Assembly (NCBI RefSeq): GCF_038432375.1
Contig: NZ_JBCAUS010000002.1
Span: forward strand, 722,282-746,281
Source of the DNA: Methanococcoides cohabitans
Lineage (GTDB): Archaea; Halobacteriota; Methanosarcinia; Methanosarcinales; Methanosarcinaceae
DNA length: 24,000 bases
Reading direction: 5' to 3'
Shown here: positions 1 to 8,394 of the stretch, piece after piece
Layout of the letters: every line of letters begins with the position of its first letter
Numbering within the stretch: the stretch's first letter is position 1
Program-made: the position numbers and the translations under genes
The notes under the pieces: model-generated
Databases searched by the model: none
Told to the model about the DNA's origin: nothing
Seen by the model: only the letters and a program-made list of their open reading frames with translations

Positions 1-98
1 AAAAGCCCTTTAAAGATGCCATCTGCATCAGGCCGGAAATCTGCCGACCTGAAGCTTCCGAACACCATTTAGTTGTCAGATGGTTAGATCCTTTGAGC

Positions 99-548
99 TT
101 ACTCGTAAAGCTGTCCTTCATCGATCCTGGTGTAGCCTGTGATCTCAGACTCTTCGAAGTGAAGAGCGATCTCACGTTCTGCTGACTCCGGAGCATCGGA
201 TGCGTGGACAACGTTCCTTCCGGTCTCAATTGAGAAGTCACCACGAATGGTGCCTGGTACTGCCTCTACAGGATTTGTCGCGCCGTTCACAGCACGCATG
301 ATCTTGATAGAGTCCTTACCTTCAACAACCATTGAAACGGATGGACCAGAGGTCACATATTCAACGAGTGAAGCGAAAAATGGCCTCTCAGAGTGCTCTT
401 TGTAGTGCTCCTTTGCGATAGCCTCGTCCATTACATTCATCCTAAGAGCTGCGAGCTTGAGTCCTCTCTTCTCGATCCTTGAAAGAATTTCACCGACAAG
501 ACCGCGCTGTACGCCATCAGGCTTGACCATAACATAAGTTCTTTCCAT
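99..548 (-). CDS. ndk: nucleoside diphosphate kinase
   Basis: The translation [21 protein letters not shown]...RNVVHASDA has the NDK N-terminal motif and the active-site His motif. The ORF-track start at 557 is a GTG. The in-frame ATG at 548 has AGGTG 8 nt upstream, so I place the start there. This is the last gene of the conserved rpl7ae-rps28e-rpl24e-ndk cluster. Confidence 0.93.
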   Translation of the reverse strand: MERTYVMVKPDGVQRGLVGEILSRIEKRGLKLAALRMNVMDEAIAKEHYKEHSERPFFASLVEYVTSGPSVSMVVEGKDSIKIMRAVNGATNPVEAVPGTIRGDFSIETGRNVVHASDAPESAEREIALHFEESEITGYTRIDEGQLYE

Positions 549-561
549 CAGATACACCTAC

Positions 562-750
562 TTATGCTTTCTTCAGGAATATTCTGCCCTGTTCTGTCCA
601 GACAGTACGCCTTGGAAGTCTTCCAAGATCGAAGTTGCCCTTGCACTTTGAAGAACAGAAATAATAGGTAGAACCGTCCTTCTTTGCGAACAGTAAGCCG
701 GTTCCCGGCTCAAGCAACTCGCCACAGAATGAACATTTTCTCTGTTCCAT
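562..750 (-). CDS. rpl24e: 50S ribosomal protein L24e (eL24)
   Basis: [18 protein letters not shown]...YFCSSKC is the L24e zinc-ribbon signature. The track start at 759 is a GTG overlapping the rps28e stop. The ATG at 750 lies 5 nt after the GGTGA Shine-Dalgarno sequence. Confidence 0.9.
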   Translation of the reverse strand: MEQRKCSFCGELLEPGTGLLFAKKDGSTYYFCSSKCKGNFDLGRLPRRTVWTEQGRIFLKKA

Positions 751-755
751 TATCA

Positions 756-971
756 TCACCTGGTAGTTAATTTCTTAGCCTCTCTTGATGTCTCCATAAG
801 CATGAAAACATCGCCAATCCTTACCGGACCTACACAGTTCCTTGTAATGATCCTGCCCTTGTCACGACCCTCAAGTACCCTGCACTGGATCTGGCTTGCT
901 TCACCATGCATACCGGTGTTGCCGATCACATCGATAACCTCGGCTGCAAAGCCTGTATCATCATCTGCCAT
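756..971 (-). CDS. rps28e: 30S ribosomal protein S28e (eS28)
   Basis: The 71-aa protein ...[35 protein letters not shown]... is a typical S28e OB-fold sequence. GGAGG lies upstream of the ATG. Confidence 0.93.
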   Translation of the reverse strand: MADDDTGFAAEVIDVIGNTGMHGEASQIQCRVLEGRDKGRIITRNCVGPVRIGDVFMLMETSREAKKLTTR

Positions 972-993
972 TTGAGATGCCTCCGGTTATCGT

Positions 994-1347
994 TTATTTG
1001 AGTGCAGCTACTTTCTGTGCAACGTCTTCTACAAGTTCGCTGCCCTTACCTGCATCAGTGATCACAACAGCTGCACAGCCAACTCCGATTCCACAGGCTG
1101 CACCAAGCTCTTTCTGCTGCTTAATAAAAATGTATGGGGTATTCTTTTCCTCACAAAGAGCAGGGATATGAGCAACGATCTCAGATGGCTCGATGTCATC
1201 TGCAATGACAGCAAGTTTTGTAATGCCTCTCTCGATAGCCTTTGTTGCTTCGTTTGTACCTTTCTTGATCTTACCGGTGTCTCTTGCGAGTTCGATTGCT
1301 TCAAGTGCTTTATCTGCTAATTCGTCAGGAACGTCAAATTTTGCCAT
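994..1347 (-). CDS. rpl7ae: 50S ribosomal protein L7Ae (K-turn binding protein)
   Basis: The 117-aa protein reads [41 protein letters not shown]...[16 protein letters not shown], the L7Ae/L30e family signature. AAGGAG lies 8-9 nt upstream of the ATG. Confidence 0.95.
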   Translation of the reverse strand: MAKFDVPDELADKALEAIELARDTGKIKKGTNEATKAIERGITKLAVIADDIEPSEIVAHIPALCEEKNTPYIFIKQQKELGAACGIGVGCAAVVITDAGKGSELVEDVAQKVAALK

Positions 1348-1478
1348 GTTTATATTCTCCTTCGAAACCGTATCTTATGCTACGGCTTGTCATTATTCAT
1401 TGTGATTCACTTTAGTAAGAAAGGGTATTTTCCCTAATGGGACCACACTTACATCCACCAAAGTATTTGCTATGAATC

Positions 1479-1498
1479 GTGACAGTCACATATATAGC
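1479..1498 (-). promoter_or_regulatory. candidate TATA box (GCTATATATGT on the minus strand) with an adjacent GTGACnGTCAC palindrome, upstream of the rpl7ae operon
   Basis: This is the only strong TATA-like element in the 216-bp intergenic region. It lies about 145 nt upstream of the rpl7ae ATG, which implies a leader of roughly 120 nt. The palindrome at 1479-1489 sits between the TATA box and the expected transcription start site. There is no experimental support. Confidence 0.35.
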
Positions 1499-1525
1499 TT
1501 GCGCCAAAATACGACACATATCACG

Positions 1526-1568
1526 TAAAAAAGATGAACAAAGAAAAGAAGGTGAGAAAAGTCTCACC
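1526..1568 (-). terminator. hairpin plus oligo-T terminator after the 281-aa gene
   Basis: The minus strand reads GGTGAGA-CTTT-TCTCACC (7-bp perfect stem, 1551-1568, overlapping the stop codon). It is followed by TTCTTTTCTTTGTTCATCTTTTTT. Oligo-T tracts are the archaeal termination signal. Confidence 0.5.
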
Positions 1569-2409
1569 ATGCTGGCTCCATGGCCAGGGAATAGAAATTG
1601 GATACATCTGAAGTTACAGTAACTTTCAGGATATCGTCCTCTGAATATACATCATAGGATAGAGCGCGTTCTGAACTGTTAGCTGCAAGAGCTGTTACAT
1701 TGTTCATAGTACCTTCTGTTGGGTTAAGGTAGACCGTGGTCCTTGAGAGAGTTGATTCATCCTCAAAATTTAACTCAAAGTAGTATTGATCTGCAAAACC
1801 GTCATCCACTACAATCAACTGTTGTACCTCAGCCCCAGGATCTGTGAATTCGAGGATCCTGCCAAACTCAGTATTTGGTGCAGCTTCACCTTCGATTGCG
1901 TCAAGAGCAAACTCAAGTTGAGATTTCTCACCAAACAGCATTGGTTCACCAACCACATTGTATACATTGTTCCCACGTGACAGGAGCTGGTATCCGTTAT
2001 ACAGTTCAGGAGCAAGGTAATATTGGAATGCTACGACCTGCGGTGAGATCGAATGCATGTTAAGTTCTGTTCCATTAATGTATTGTGCGCGATACATCTT
2101 AGTGACCTGTGCTCCATAGATACCATCAAGCTGTGAGGTGTTTCCCGTGATCAGCTCTAGTGGAGTGCCACTGATAGCCTGGAAATCAAAATACTGCACT
2201 GCAACAGCATCCTCAGCTGTCAGTGCAAGTCCGTCTTCAATAGAGTTCAGTTCGTAGTCCACATGCTTGCCAGGTATGGAATCAAAACTGGCTGCTTCAA
2301 AAGACGAACTGTCCCCATTTGCCTGGTTCGAATTCCCAGTGAAAAAGAAAGGCAATATGGACATGACCATAATGACCGCTAAAAAGATCGCTATATATTT
2401 CTGATTCAT
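1564..2409 (-). CDS. hypothetical secreted or membrane-anchored protein
   Basis: This is a 281-aa ORF with an N-terminal hydrophobic segment (IAIFLAVIMVMSILPFFF) followed by an acidic domain rich in Asn, Ser and Thr. It has several N-x-S/T sequons. I do not recognise a family. Confidence 0.7.
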   Translation of the reverse strand: MNQKYIAIFLAVIMVMSILPFFFTGNSNQANGDSSSFEAASFDSIPGKHVDYELNSIEDGLALTAEDAVAVQYFDFQAISGTPLELITGNTSQLDGIYGAQVTKMYRAQYINGTELNMHSISPQVVAFQYYLAPELYNGYQLLSRGNNVYNVVGEPMLFGEKSQLEFALDAIEGEAAPNTEFGRILEFTDPGAEVQQLIVVDDGFADQYYFELNFEDESTLSRTTVYLNPTEGTMNNVTALAANSSERALSYDVYSEDDILKVTVTSDVSNFYSLAMEPAW

Positions 2410-2569
2410 TTGTACACTCCGTGATAAACATTAGAAGTACTTCAACAGAAGCACTCGTTTAAAAGCTGGAACATCCTATCTACATACTCGTATATAAGGC
2501 TCGTTGTTGTGTTCCGGCATACAAAAAGAAAGCATATTGAAGTTTACATGATAACGTACAGAACCAATG

Positions 2570-5089
2570 TTAGTCAAGGAAACGTGATGTAGAAAGAATA
2601 CATGGCTGCCCCGACCATTCCCCGCACACAAGCCTTGTTTCAACCTTATACGGCGATCCTTCAATACCTACCATGAGCGTCTCGAAGACAATGGTCTTCC
2701 CTACCTTTACTTTTGACAGGACCGAATCCACCTGGTCCCATTCGGATTCAGGATGCAATTCAAGATAATGCATTTCAGAAACTTCATCCTCGACAAATCC
2801 CAGATAGTCCCCTACCACCTTGTTGGCATAAAGGACATAGCCATCCATATCCATAACCACCAGCAACTCATCCATCATATCAACAAGTGACCGCAAGTCA
2901 TCATATTTTTGAGAGATACCGGACTCGGCATGCATTTTGGAGATCGCGATACCGATCTGGTTAGCTATCGTTTCAAGAGAACTGCGCGAGTTGTCAGGAA
3001 TCTCATATTCACTGTGCGATGAAAGACAAAGGGCTGCTATGACATTACCTTCATGTTTCACAGGAATGATGGCAGTCCCATGAAGTCCTTCATAGCGGAG
3101 CTTCTCCCCTGTACCAATAGCATTAAGTTCGGAATGATGTTTGTAAACTGGCTGCCCGGTCATAATCAGGCGGTTCTGGACGGAGCTCTTCGGAAAAACA
3201 GCAGTATCCCTCACAAAGCGTTCCGACAGGCCTTCGTGTGCTACAAGCTTCATGTCACCCGTCACATTATCCAGAAGATAAAGTCTTCCGGAATCCACCG
3301 GGTCCACCTTCAGGCTGAAGTTGAGCATCTGTTCAAAGGTTTCCTCAATGGTATTAGCAGAATTAAGTACCGTATCAAGATCAAGCTGGATATGCATGAA
3401 GTCATCAGAATGCTTCCTGTCGGTCACATCCACGATGATACCCTGCAGGTACTTCACATTTCCTTCCTCATCATGTTTAATAAAGGTCCTCTCATCGACC
3501 CAGCGCACATCGCCAAACTTGGTGAATATGCGATACTCCTGGTTAAAGTCCATGAAACCTGCATCCACTCTCTTGGCAAGTTCCTTCTGCACACGTTCCA
3601 GGTCATAGGGGTGCACGATGTCACCATACACGAGTTTGCCTGAGATGAAATCATCTACAGAATACCCAAACTGGGCAACATTCTCTGAAACGAACTCAAC
3701 AGGCCAGTTCTCCTCAGCACGCCATAAGAAGACAACTGCAGGGCTGCTTTTGATAACATCCCCAAGGATGTTCTGTATATCAAGGGAGCGGCGAAGTTCC
3801 CAATCTGCCTTCTTGTGAAGCAGTATGTTCCACATACCATTCATAAGGAGAGTGACCTGCCTCACATCCGAAAGGTCGTAGTCCTCATTCTTGTTACCAA
3901 GCCCAACAAGGCCAACAATTTCATCCCTGTCAGATATAGGTATGCTCAGGAACCTTGTGATCCCTATATGACCTTCAGGATAACCTTTCTTAGAGGGATT
4001 CTCCTCCGAATAATCATTGATAATAACAGGAAGCTTCTGCTGCATGGACTCTATCCAAAGACCCGCATGATCAATATGAGATGATGCTTTCCTGCCCTTT
4101 ACGAAGCATTCCTTCATTGCTTCCCCGGACCAGGATTCGATAGAAACGGTCTTCCCATCCTCACCAACAATAGCAAGATAACCAACCTCACTTCCTGTCA
4201 GGCCGACCGCTTCATTCAATGAAAAATCAACGATCTCCTGAATGGATGAATCCGTCATCTGGTAGAGGTTAAGCAGGGCCTCAATACGCATCTCTTCGGC
4301 ATGCAACGCATTTTCTATTTTCTTGCGCCCGGTGATATCAACGATGATACCCTGAAGATATGTGACCTCACCCTTTGAATTATGATGAAGGTGCGTCCTT
4401 TCATCAACCCACCTGATCTCACCTGCTTTTGTGAGTATCCTATATTCCTGGAAGAAATCAGAATAACCACCTTCTGCAGATTTAGATACTCCTGCACGCA
4501 CACGACCAATGTCATCCGGATGTACAATGTCCCCATAAACAAGCTTACCAGAGGTAAAATCTTCCACAGAGTAACCGAACATATCAATGTTCTTCGAAAC
4601 GAACTCTACCGGCCAGTCCTCGTCTGCCCTCCAAAGGAATACGACAACAGGACTGGAATTGATGACCGATTCCAGCGTGCTCTTCATTTCAAGGGCGCCA
4701 TCCAGCAAAGCCATATCGCCCATCCTCTGTTCAGTAATATCAACCACGATACCATGGTAGAACCTGATATTGCCAGACTCATCATAATGAACGGAGGTCC
4801 TCTCATCAACCCAACGAACCTTACCCGATCTTGTGAGAATACGATATCTCAGATCAAAGCTTGCATCCTCTTTGTTCACATGACGTAATGCTTCGGACAT
4901 GACCATTCCTGCATCATCCGGATGGAGAATATCAATATAGCGAAGCTTACCGGAGACAAAATCGTCTGCATCATAACCAAGCTGGGAGATATTCTCAGAA
5001 ACGAAATCCACGGGCCAGCCTTCATCTTCTCTCCAGACAAAGACCATCGCAGGACTTGAGTTGATCACAGAAGTAAACACCTCCTCCAT
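2570..5089 (-). CDS. multi-domain PAS/GAF sensor protein without a recognisable output domain
   Basis: The 839-aa protein has three closely related PAS modules (residues about 8-121, 141-256 and 445-559), each with VINSSPxxVFxWR...WPVEFVS...GKLxYxDIxHPDD...EYRIxTKxGxxRWVDERT...GIIVDIT. It also has two GAF-like regions (about 270-425 and 575-720) and a divergent C-terminal PAS (about 733-835). I found no H-box or HATPase motifs. Confidence 0.88.
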   Translation of the reverse strand: MEEVFTSVINSSPAMVFVWREDEGWPVDFVSENISQLGYDADDFVSGKLRYIDILHPDDAGMVMSEALRHVNKEDASFDLRYRILTRSGKVRWVDERTSVHYDESGNIRFYHGIVVDITEQRMGDMALLDGALEMKSTLESVINSSPVVVFLWRADEDWPVEFVSKNIDMFGYSVEDFTSGKLVYGDIVHPDDIGRVRAGVSKSAEGGYSDFFQEYRILTKAGEIRWVDERTHLHHNSKGEVTYLQGIIVDITGRKKIENALHAEEMRIEALLNLYQMTDSSIQEIVDFSLNEAVGLTGSEVGYLAIVGEDGKTVSIESWSGEAMKECFVKGRKASSHIDHAGLWIESMQQKLPVIINDYSEENPSKKGYPEGHIGITRFLSIPISDRDEIVGLVGLGNKNEDYDLSDVRQVTLLMNGMWNILLHKKADWELRRSLDIQNILGDVIKSSPAVVFLWRAEENWPVEFVSENVAQFGYSVDDFISGKLVYGDIVHPYDLERVQKELAKRVDAGFMDFNQEYRIFTKFGDVRWVDERTFIKHDEEGNVKYLQGIIVDVTDRKHSDDFMHIQLDLDTVLNSANTIEETFEQMLNFSLKVDPVDSGRLYLLDNVTGDMKLVAHEGLSERFVRDTAVFPKSSVQNRLIMTGQPVYKHHSELNAIGTGEKLRYEGLHGTAIIPVKHEGNVIAALCLSSHSEYEIPDNSRSSLETIANQIGIAISKMHAESGISQKYDDLRSLVDMMDELLVVMDMDGYVLYANKVVGDYLGFVEDEVSEMHYLELHPESEWDQVDSVLSKVKVGKTIVFETLMVGIEGSPYKVETRLVCGEWSGQPCILSTSRFLD

Positions 5090-5449
5090 GGATTCTGCAT
5101 CAAGAAATGGTTTTTTTGCCTTACCAATATCCGTTTTTTTGGCAGTGATACGATCAACTCCAGGTCTGTAAACATGTATAAGATAGTGAACCTATTTATA
5201 CATTAATACAAGAAACATACAAAAATTCGTTTTGTTTTTTATAGATATGTCCCATATTAATGATATATTGCCCTTAATAGGACATAATTCGCAATTTAAG
5301 TGAATACATTGCTCACAATATATAATTGCAATAAAGAATCAGACCCAGACCTCGTCGGGAAAAATAACAGGATGGAAACATAAGGAAGAAACAATTAGAC
5401 ATGGCCTTCCTGCAAAAACTATATCACTATTCTTAGAGTAATTCAACCT

Positions 5450-6355
5450 ATGGGCATTTTCAAGAATATAATTGACCAGTCATCTTTCAGGCGAAAGCTC
5501 AAACAGATGGAAAAAATGGCAGAGAGTACATATGGGAAGGGATACGTCCTTTTTGAACTTGGCCGATATGAAGAAGCACTGGAAAAATACGATGAAGCCG
5601 CAGATATGCTGGATGAAATGCAGCAAATGCTCCTGAAAGAAGGCATGGAAAAAGAAGCAGCAAACGTTGACAAAAGGGCAATGGACATCAGGTTCAACAA
5701 ATGTTTCATTCTTTTCAGGCTTCAGCGATACGAAGATACCCTTGATATCATTGATGAAACACTGAGCAAGAGATCGGATGATCCAAAGATCACATTCAGC
5801 AAAGGTTTCGTACTATTCAGCATCAGCAGATATGAAGAAGCATTACAGGTACTTGACAGGGCTATTGAAATGCAACCGGAAATGCCTGACCCATGGTACT
5901 GCAAGGCCAATGCCCTCTACCAGATGGAGCTTTTCGAAGATGCACTTGAAGCATATGAAAAGGCTATTGAATATGCAGGCATTCTGAACTTTGAGTTCCC
6001 CAGATATTCCTTCCTGAACATCAACCCGGATCCCACATTGAAGACAAATGCTTCAGGGGTCTGGTACAGTAAAGCAAATACACTCAATAAACTTGGCAGA
6101 ATGGAAGAGGCCATAGAAGCATACAGGAATGCTCTTGAGATAAAACAGTCATTCTCCGATGCCTGGTACAGCCTTGGCAACTGCCTTGCAGAGGTTGGAA
6201 GGGATGAGGATGCAATAACTGCTTTCACAAATGCGATTATGATAGAGCCGGACCTCATCGCAGCACGTGAAAATAAAGCAGAAATTCTCTTAAAACTTGG
6301 AAGGGAAGAGGAAGCAAAAGAAACGCTCGACTATGAATCTGATTCCGGTAATTGA
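5450..6355 (+). CDS. tetratricopeptide (TPR) repeat protein
   Basis: The 301-aa protein has repeated 34-residue units of the TPR type (e.g. GRYEEALEKYDEA, SRYEEALQVLDRAIEMQPEMPDPWYCKANALYQMELFEDALEAYEKAIE, GRMEEAIEAYRNALEIKQSFSDAWYSLGNCL). A TATA-like CTATATCA lies about 27 nt upstream of the ATG, which suggests a leaderless mRNA. Confidence 0.85.
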   Translation: MGIFKNIIDQSSFRRKLKQMEKMAESTYGKGYVLFELGRYEEALEKYDEAADMLDEMQQMLLKEGMEKEAANVDKRAMDIRFNKCFILFRLQRYEDTLDIIDETLSKRSDDPKITFSKGFVLFSISRYEEALQVLDRAIEMQPEMPDPWYCKANALYQMELFEDALEAYEKAIEYAGILNFEFPRYSFLNINPDPTLKTNASGVWYSKANTLNKLGRMEEAIEAYRNALEIKQSFSDAWYSLGNCLAEVGRDEDAITAFTNAIMIEPDLIAARENKAEILLKLGREEEAKETLDYESDSGN

Positions 6356-6823
6356 TCAGTACATGATCTTATCCGGTTTTTTCTCCCATTCAACCAGTAA
6401 CTTACGGCAGCCTTCACATTCGATATTGGACTTTTCCAATACGGATGCTGAAGCACCTTTTCTCAGGATCTCATATATCTTGCCATCATCAAACCCTATT
6501 GAAGCAACGTCCTCGGTACTGGTCCCATAGTAAATTTTCCCAATATGTGCCCAGCATATGGCAGATAGGCACATTGGACAGGGCATTGTGGTTGCATAAA
6601 GTTCGCAACCTGAAAGATCAAAGGTATCAAGAATTGAAGAAGCCTCGCGTATCGCGACAATTTCAGCATGTGCAGAAGGATCGTTGGTGCTAAGGACCTT
6701 GTTGTGACCTCTGGAGATGATCTTGCCGTCCTTTACAATAACAGCTCCGAAAGGGCCGCCTTCATTGTTCCGAATTCCTTTGCGTGCTTCTTCCACGGCA
6801 ATTTCCATGAAACGTCCGGACAT
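6356..6823 (-). CDS. guaD: CDA-fold zinc deaminase, guanine deaminase (GuaD) type
   Basis: The 155-aa protein has GGPFGAVIVKDGKIISRGHN...NDPSAHAEIVAIREA...PCPMCLSAICWA...GFDDGKIYE. The HAE and PCxxC zinc motifs are present, and from memory the overall pattern is collinear with Bacillus subtilis GuaD. The ATG lies 3 nt after the upstream gene's stop. Confidence 0.8.
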   Translation of the reverse strand: MSGRFMEIAVEEARKGIRNNEGGPFGAVIVKDGKIISRGHNKVLSTNDPSAHAEIVAIREASSILDTFDLSGCELYATTMPCPMCLSAICWAHIGKIYYGTSTEDVASIGFDDGKIYEILRKGASASVLEKSNIECEGCRKLLVEWEKKPDKIMY

Positions 6824-6826
6824 ACG

Positions 6827-7423
6827 TTATTTATTCTCCCCAAGGTGGTCCAGAAGAAGCTTCATTGCCTGCTTTTCAGGTTTGCCACCGCATTTGTTCA
6901 CCGTGCAGGAATAGGCCTTAATAAGTCTCATATATTTCTCATCTTTTGTCAGCTCGTAGCGTGTTGCATGCACACAAGATTCGATCAGCAAATTAAACCC
7001 ACGATTCACCGACTTGAAGACCTGCTGGTTCATCCGTGCATGCAGAGGTTTAAGTTTTGCCACCAGTGCTTCAGATGTTTCCTTTACGTCAGTACACTCA
7101 AAGACAGCCCAGCAAACGGCATCCTTAAGCACTGAAAAATGGCGCTCATCATGTGTGAAAACATCGAACTCCGAATCATCAATGTCACCAAAAGTGGTGC
7201 GCACAAAAAGAACAGGATCATAGACAAGGTTTGCCACAAGCATGCGCTCTGCCATTACATTGCTGTATGTTGTCGAACCTTTAAAAAGCCTCACCAGCAG
7301 TTCATCATCTTTTCGGACAATTCCCATTGGAGCAGCATTTGGAGACCATCCCTGATAAGTGGTCACGATCATTTCATTTATGCCTTCAGTTATTCCAAAC
7401 GTATCAAGATCTATATGTGCCAT
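6827..7423 (-). CDS. DUF447 family protein (FMN-binding split-barrel-like, methanopterin-pathway associated)
   Basis: The 198-aa protein has EMIVTTYQGWSPNAAPMGIV, which is typical of DUF447. Its start codon shares one nucleotide with the upstream stop (TAATG). Confidence 0.75.
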   Translation of the reverse strand: MAHIDLDTFGITEGINEMIVTTYQGWSPNAAPMGIVRKDDELLVRLFKGSTTYSNVMAERMLVANLVYDPVLFVRTTFGDIDDSEFDVFTHDERHFSVLKDAVCWAVFECTDVKETSEALVAKLKPLHARMNQQVFKSVNRGFNLLIESCVHATRYELTKDEKYMRLIKAYSCTVNKCGGKPEKQAMKLLLDHLGENK

Positions 7424-8394
7424 TAAAATCTCAAACCCCCAAGCAATGCTATGAAAATGCCTGCTATGATGATATCAGCTGTCGATCCCGGATTCAATTT
7501 CTTTTCCAGCAATTTCTCATCGAAATCTTCAATGTCTCCCCGGAACGCGTTGAGATCATAACCGTTATTTTCTATTTTTGAAATAATATACTTTGCCTGC
7601 ACAGAAACATTTTCCGCTGTTTCTATATTAGTCTTTGTCCTGATGAACGTATCAGGGTTTTCCGAAAGCAATTTCAAAAATGTATAAACGATCACATGAT
7701 TGATGTCATCAATTCTATCCTCACCTTCGGAAGCCGTCATCAGGCGAATTATTGTCTGTGCACAATATGCACAGTTCTTAAAACCACTAACCCACTCATT
7801 GGCGATCTGGTCATAATCCTGCGAGATCCCCATCAGGTCATATAAGGTCACGCCATCTTCTTTTAATGAAGCAAGGGAGCCTTCATCCTGAAGGTCGAAC
7901 TCATCAACATCGTTCACACGAACTCCTGCTGAACTGAAGGAGCGGTAAAAGTCCAGGGCATCTTCAGTATCTGCTGCCCGGACGATGTCATGGGCACGGC
8001 TCACAAGCCGGTCAACATCAAATTCCCCGCCATTGTCCAGAAGTTGACCTGCGGCCATGGAAAGCGGTATAAGCAGAAGGAATGCCCCAAAGTGGGTGTT
8101 ACCACCGCTCTGCCAGCAATTGCTCTGGTAAACGGCATTTTTAAGGCTCTCACCAATAGATGCACACCCACGGGCGGCATTCTCAATTACAGGAGAGACG
8201 CTGATAGCCGATGCAAGAAAATGCTCATACCTGGTGTCATCATAGTCATGATGACGGTCTATATTTCCCGGTTTCGGGGATGATGAGACCTCCAGGACCA
8301 TTGCAAGCTGGGCACAGCGTGCGATGTATGATGCTGCAGAACTGTAGCTGCAGCAAGCTTCATCAGATACCTGCCCGCAGTAATCAGAATTCAT
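7423..8394 (-). CDS. triphosphoribosyl-dephospho-CoA synthase (CitG)-like protein
   Basis: The 323-aa protein has an N-terminal ...LEVSSSPKPGNIDRHHDYDDTRYEHFLAS... that matches the CitG-family KPGxV/IDR region. It overlaps the upstream gene by 11 nt (ATGAATTCTGA). Confidence 0.75.
   Translation of the reverse strand: MNSDYCGQVSDEACCSYSSAASYIARCAQLAMVLEVSSSPKPGNIDRHHDYDDTRYEHFLASAISVSPVIENAARGCASIGESLKNAVYQSNCWQSGGNTHFGAFLLLIPLSMAAGQLLDNGGEFDVDRLVSRAHDIVRAADTEDALDFYRSFSSAGVRVNDVDEFDLQDEGSLASLKEDGVTLYDLMGISQDYDQIANEWVSGFKNCAYCAQTIIRLMTASEGEDRIDDINHVIVYTFLKLLSENPDTFIRTKTNIETAENVSVQAKYIISKIENNGYDLNAFRGDIEDFDEKLLEKKLNPGSTADIIIAGIFIALLGGLRF

Noticed and set aside
1-68. Open minus-strand frame starting at the ATG at 68-66 (MVFGSFRSADFRPDADGIFKGL...) and running off the left window edge, 30 nt downstream of ndk
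   Set aside because: Only 22 codons are visible. There is no recognisable family motif and it does not resemble aIF5B, which often follows ndk. The evidence is insufficient to call a gene.
5090-5449. 360-bp AT-rich divergent intergenic region checked for small RNA genes or small ORFs. Features noted: an 11-codon ATG ORF at 5401, T7 runs at 5121-5140 and the ATGTCC...GGACAT inverted repeat at 5237-5275.
   Set aside because: I found no tRNA or C/D signatures, and the mini-ORFs lack ribosome-binding sites. The region is best explained as two promoters plus leaders. The inverted repeat has only 6-bp arms with a 27-nt spacer.
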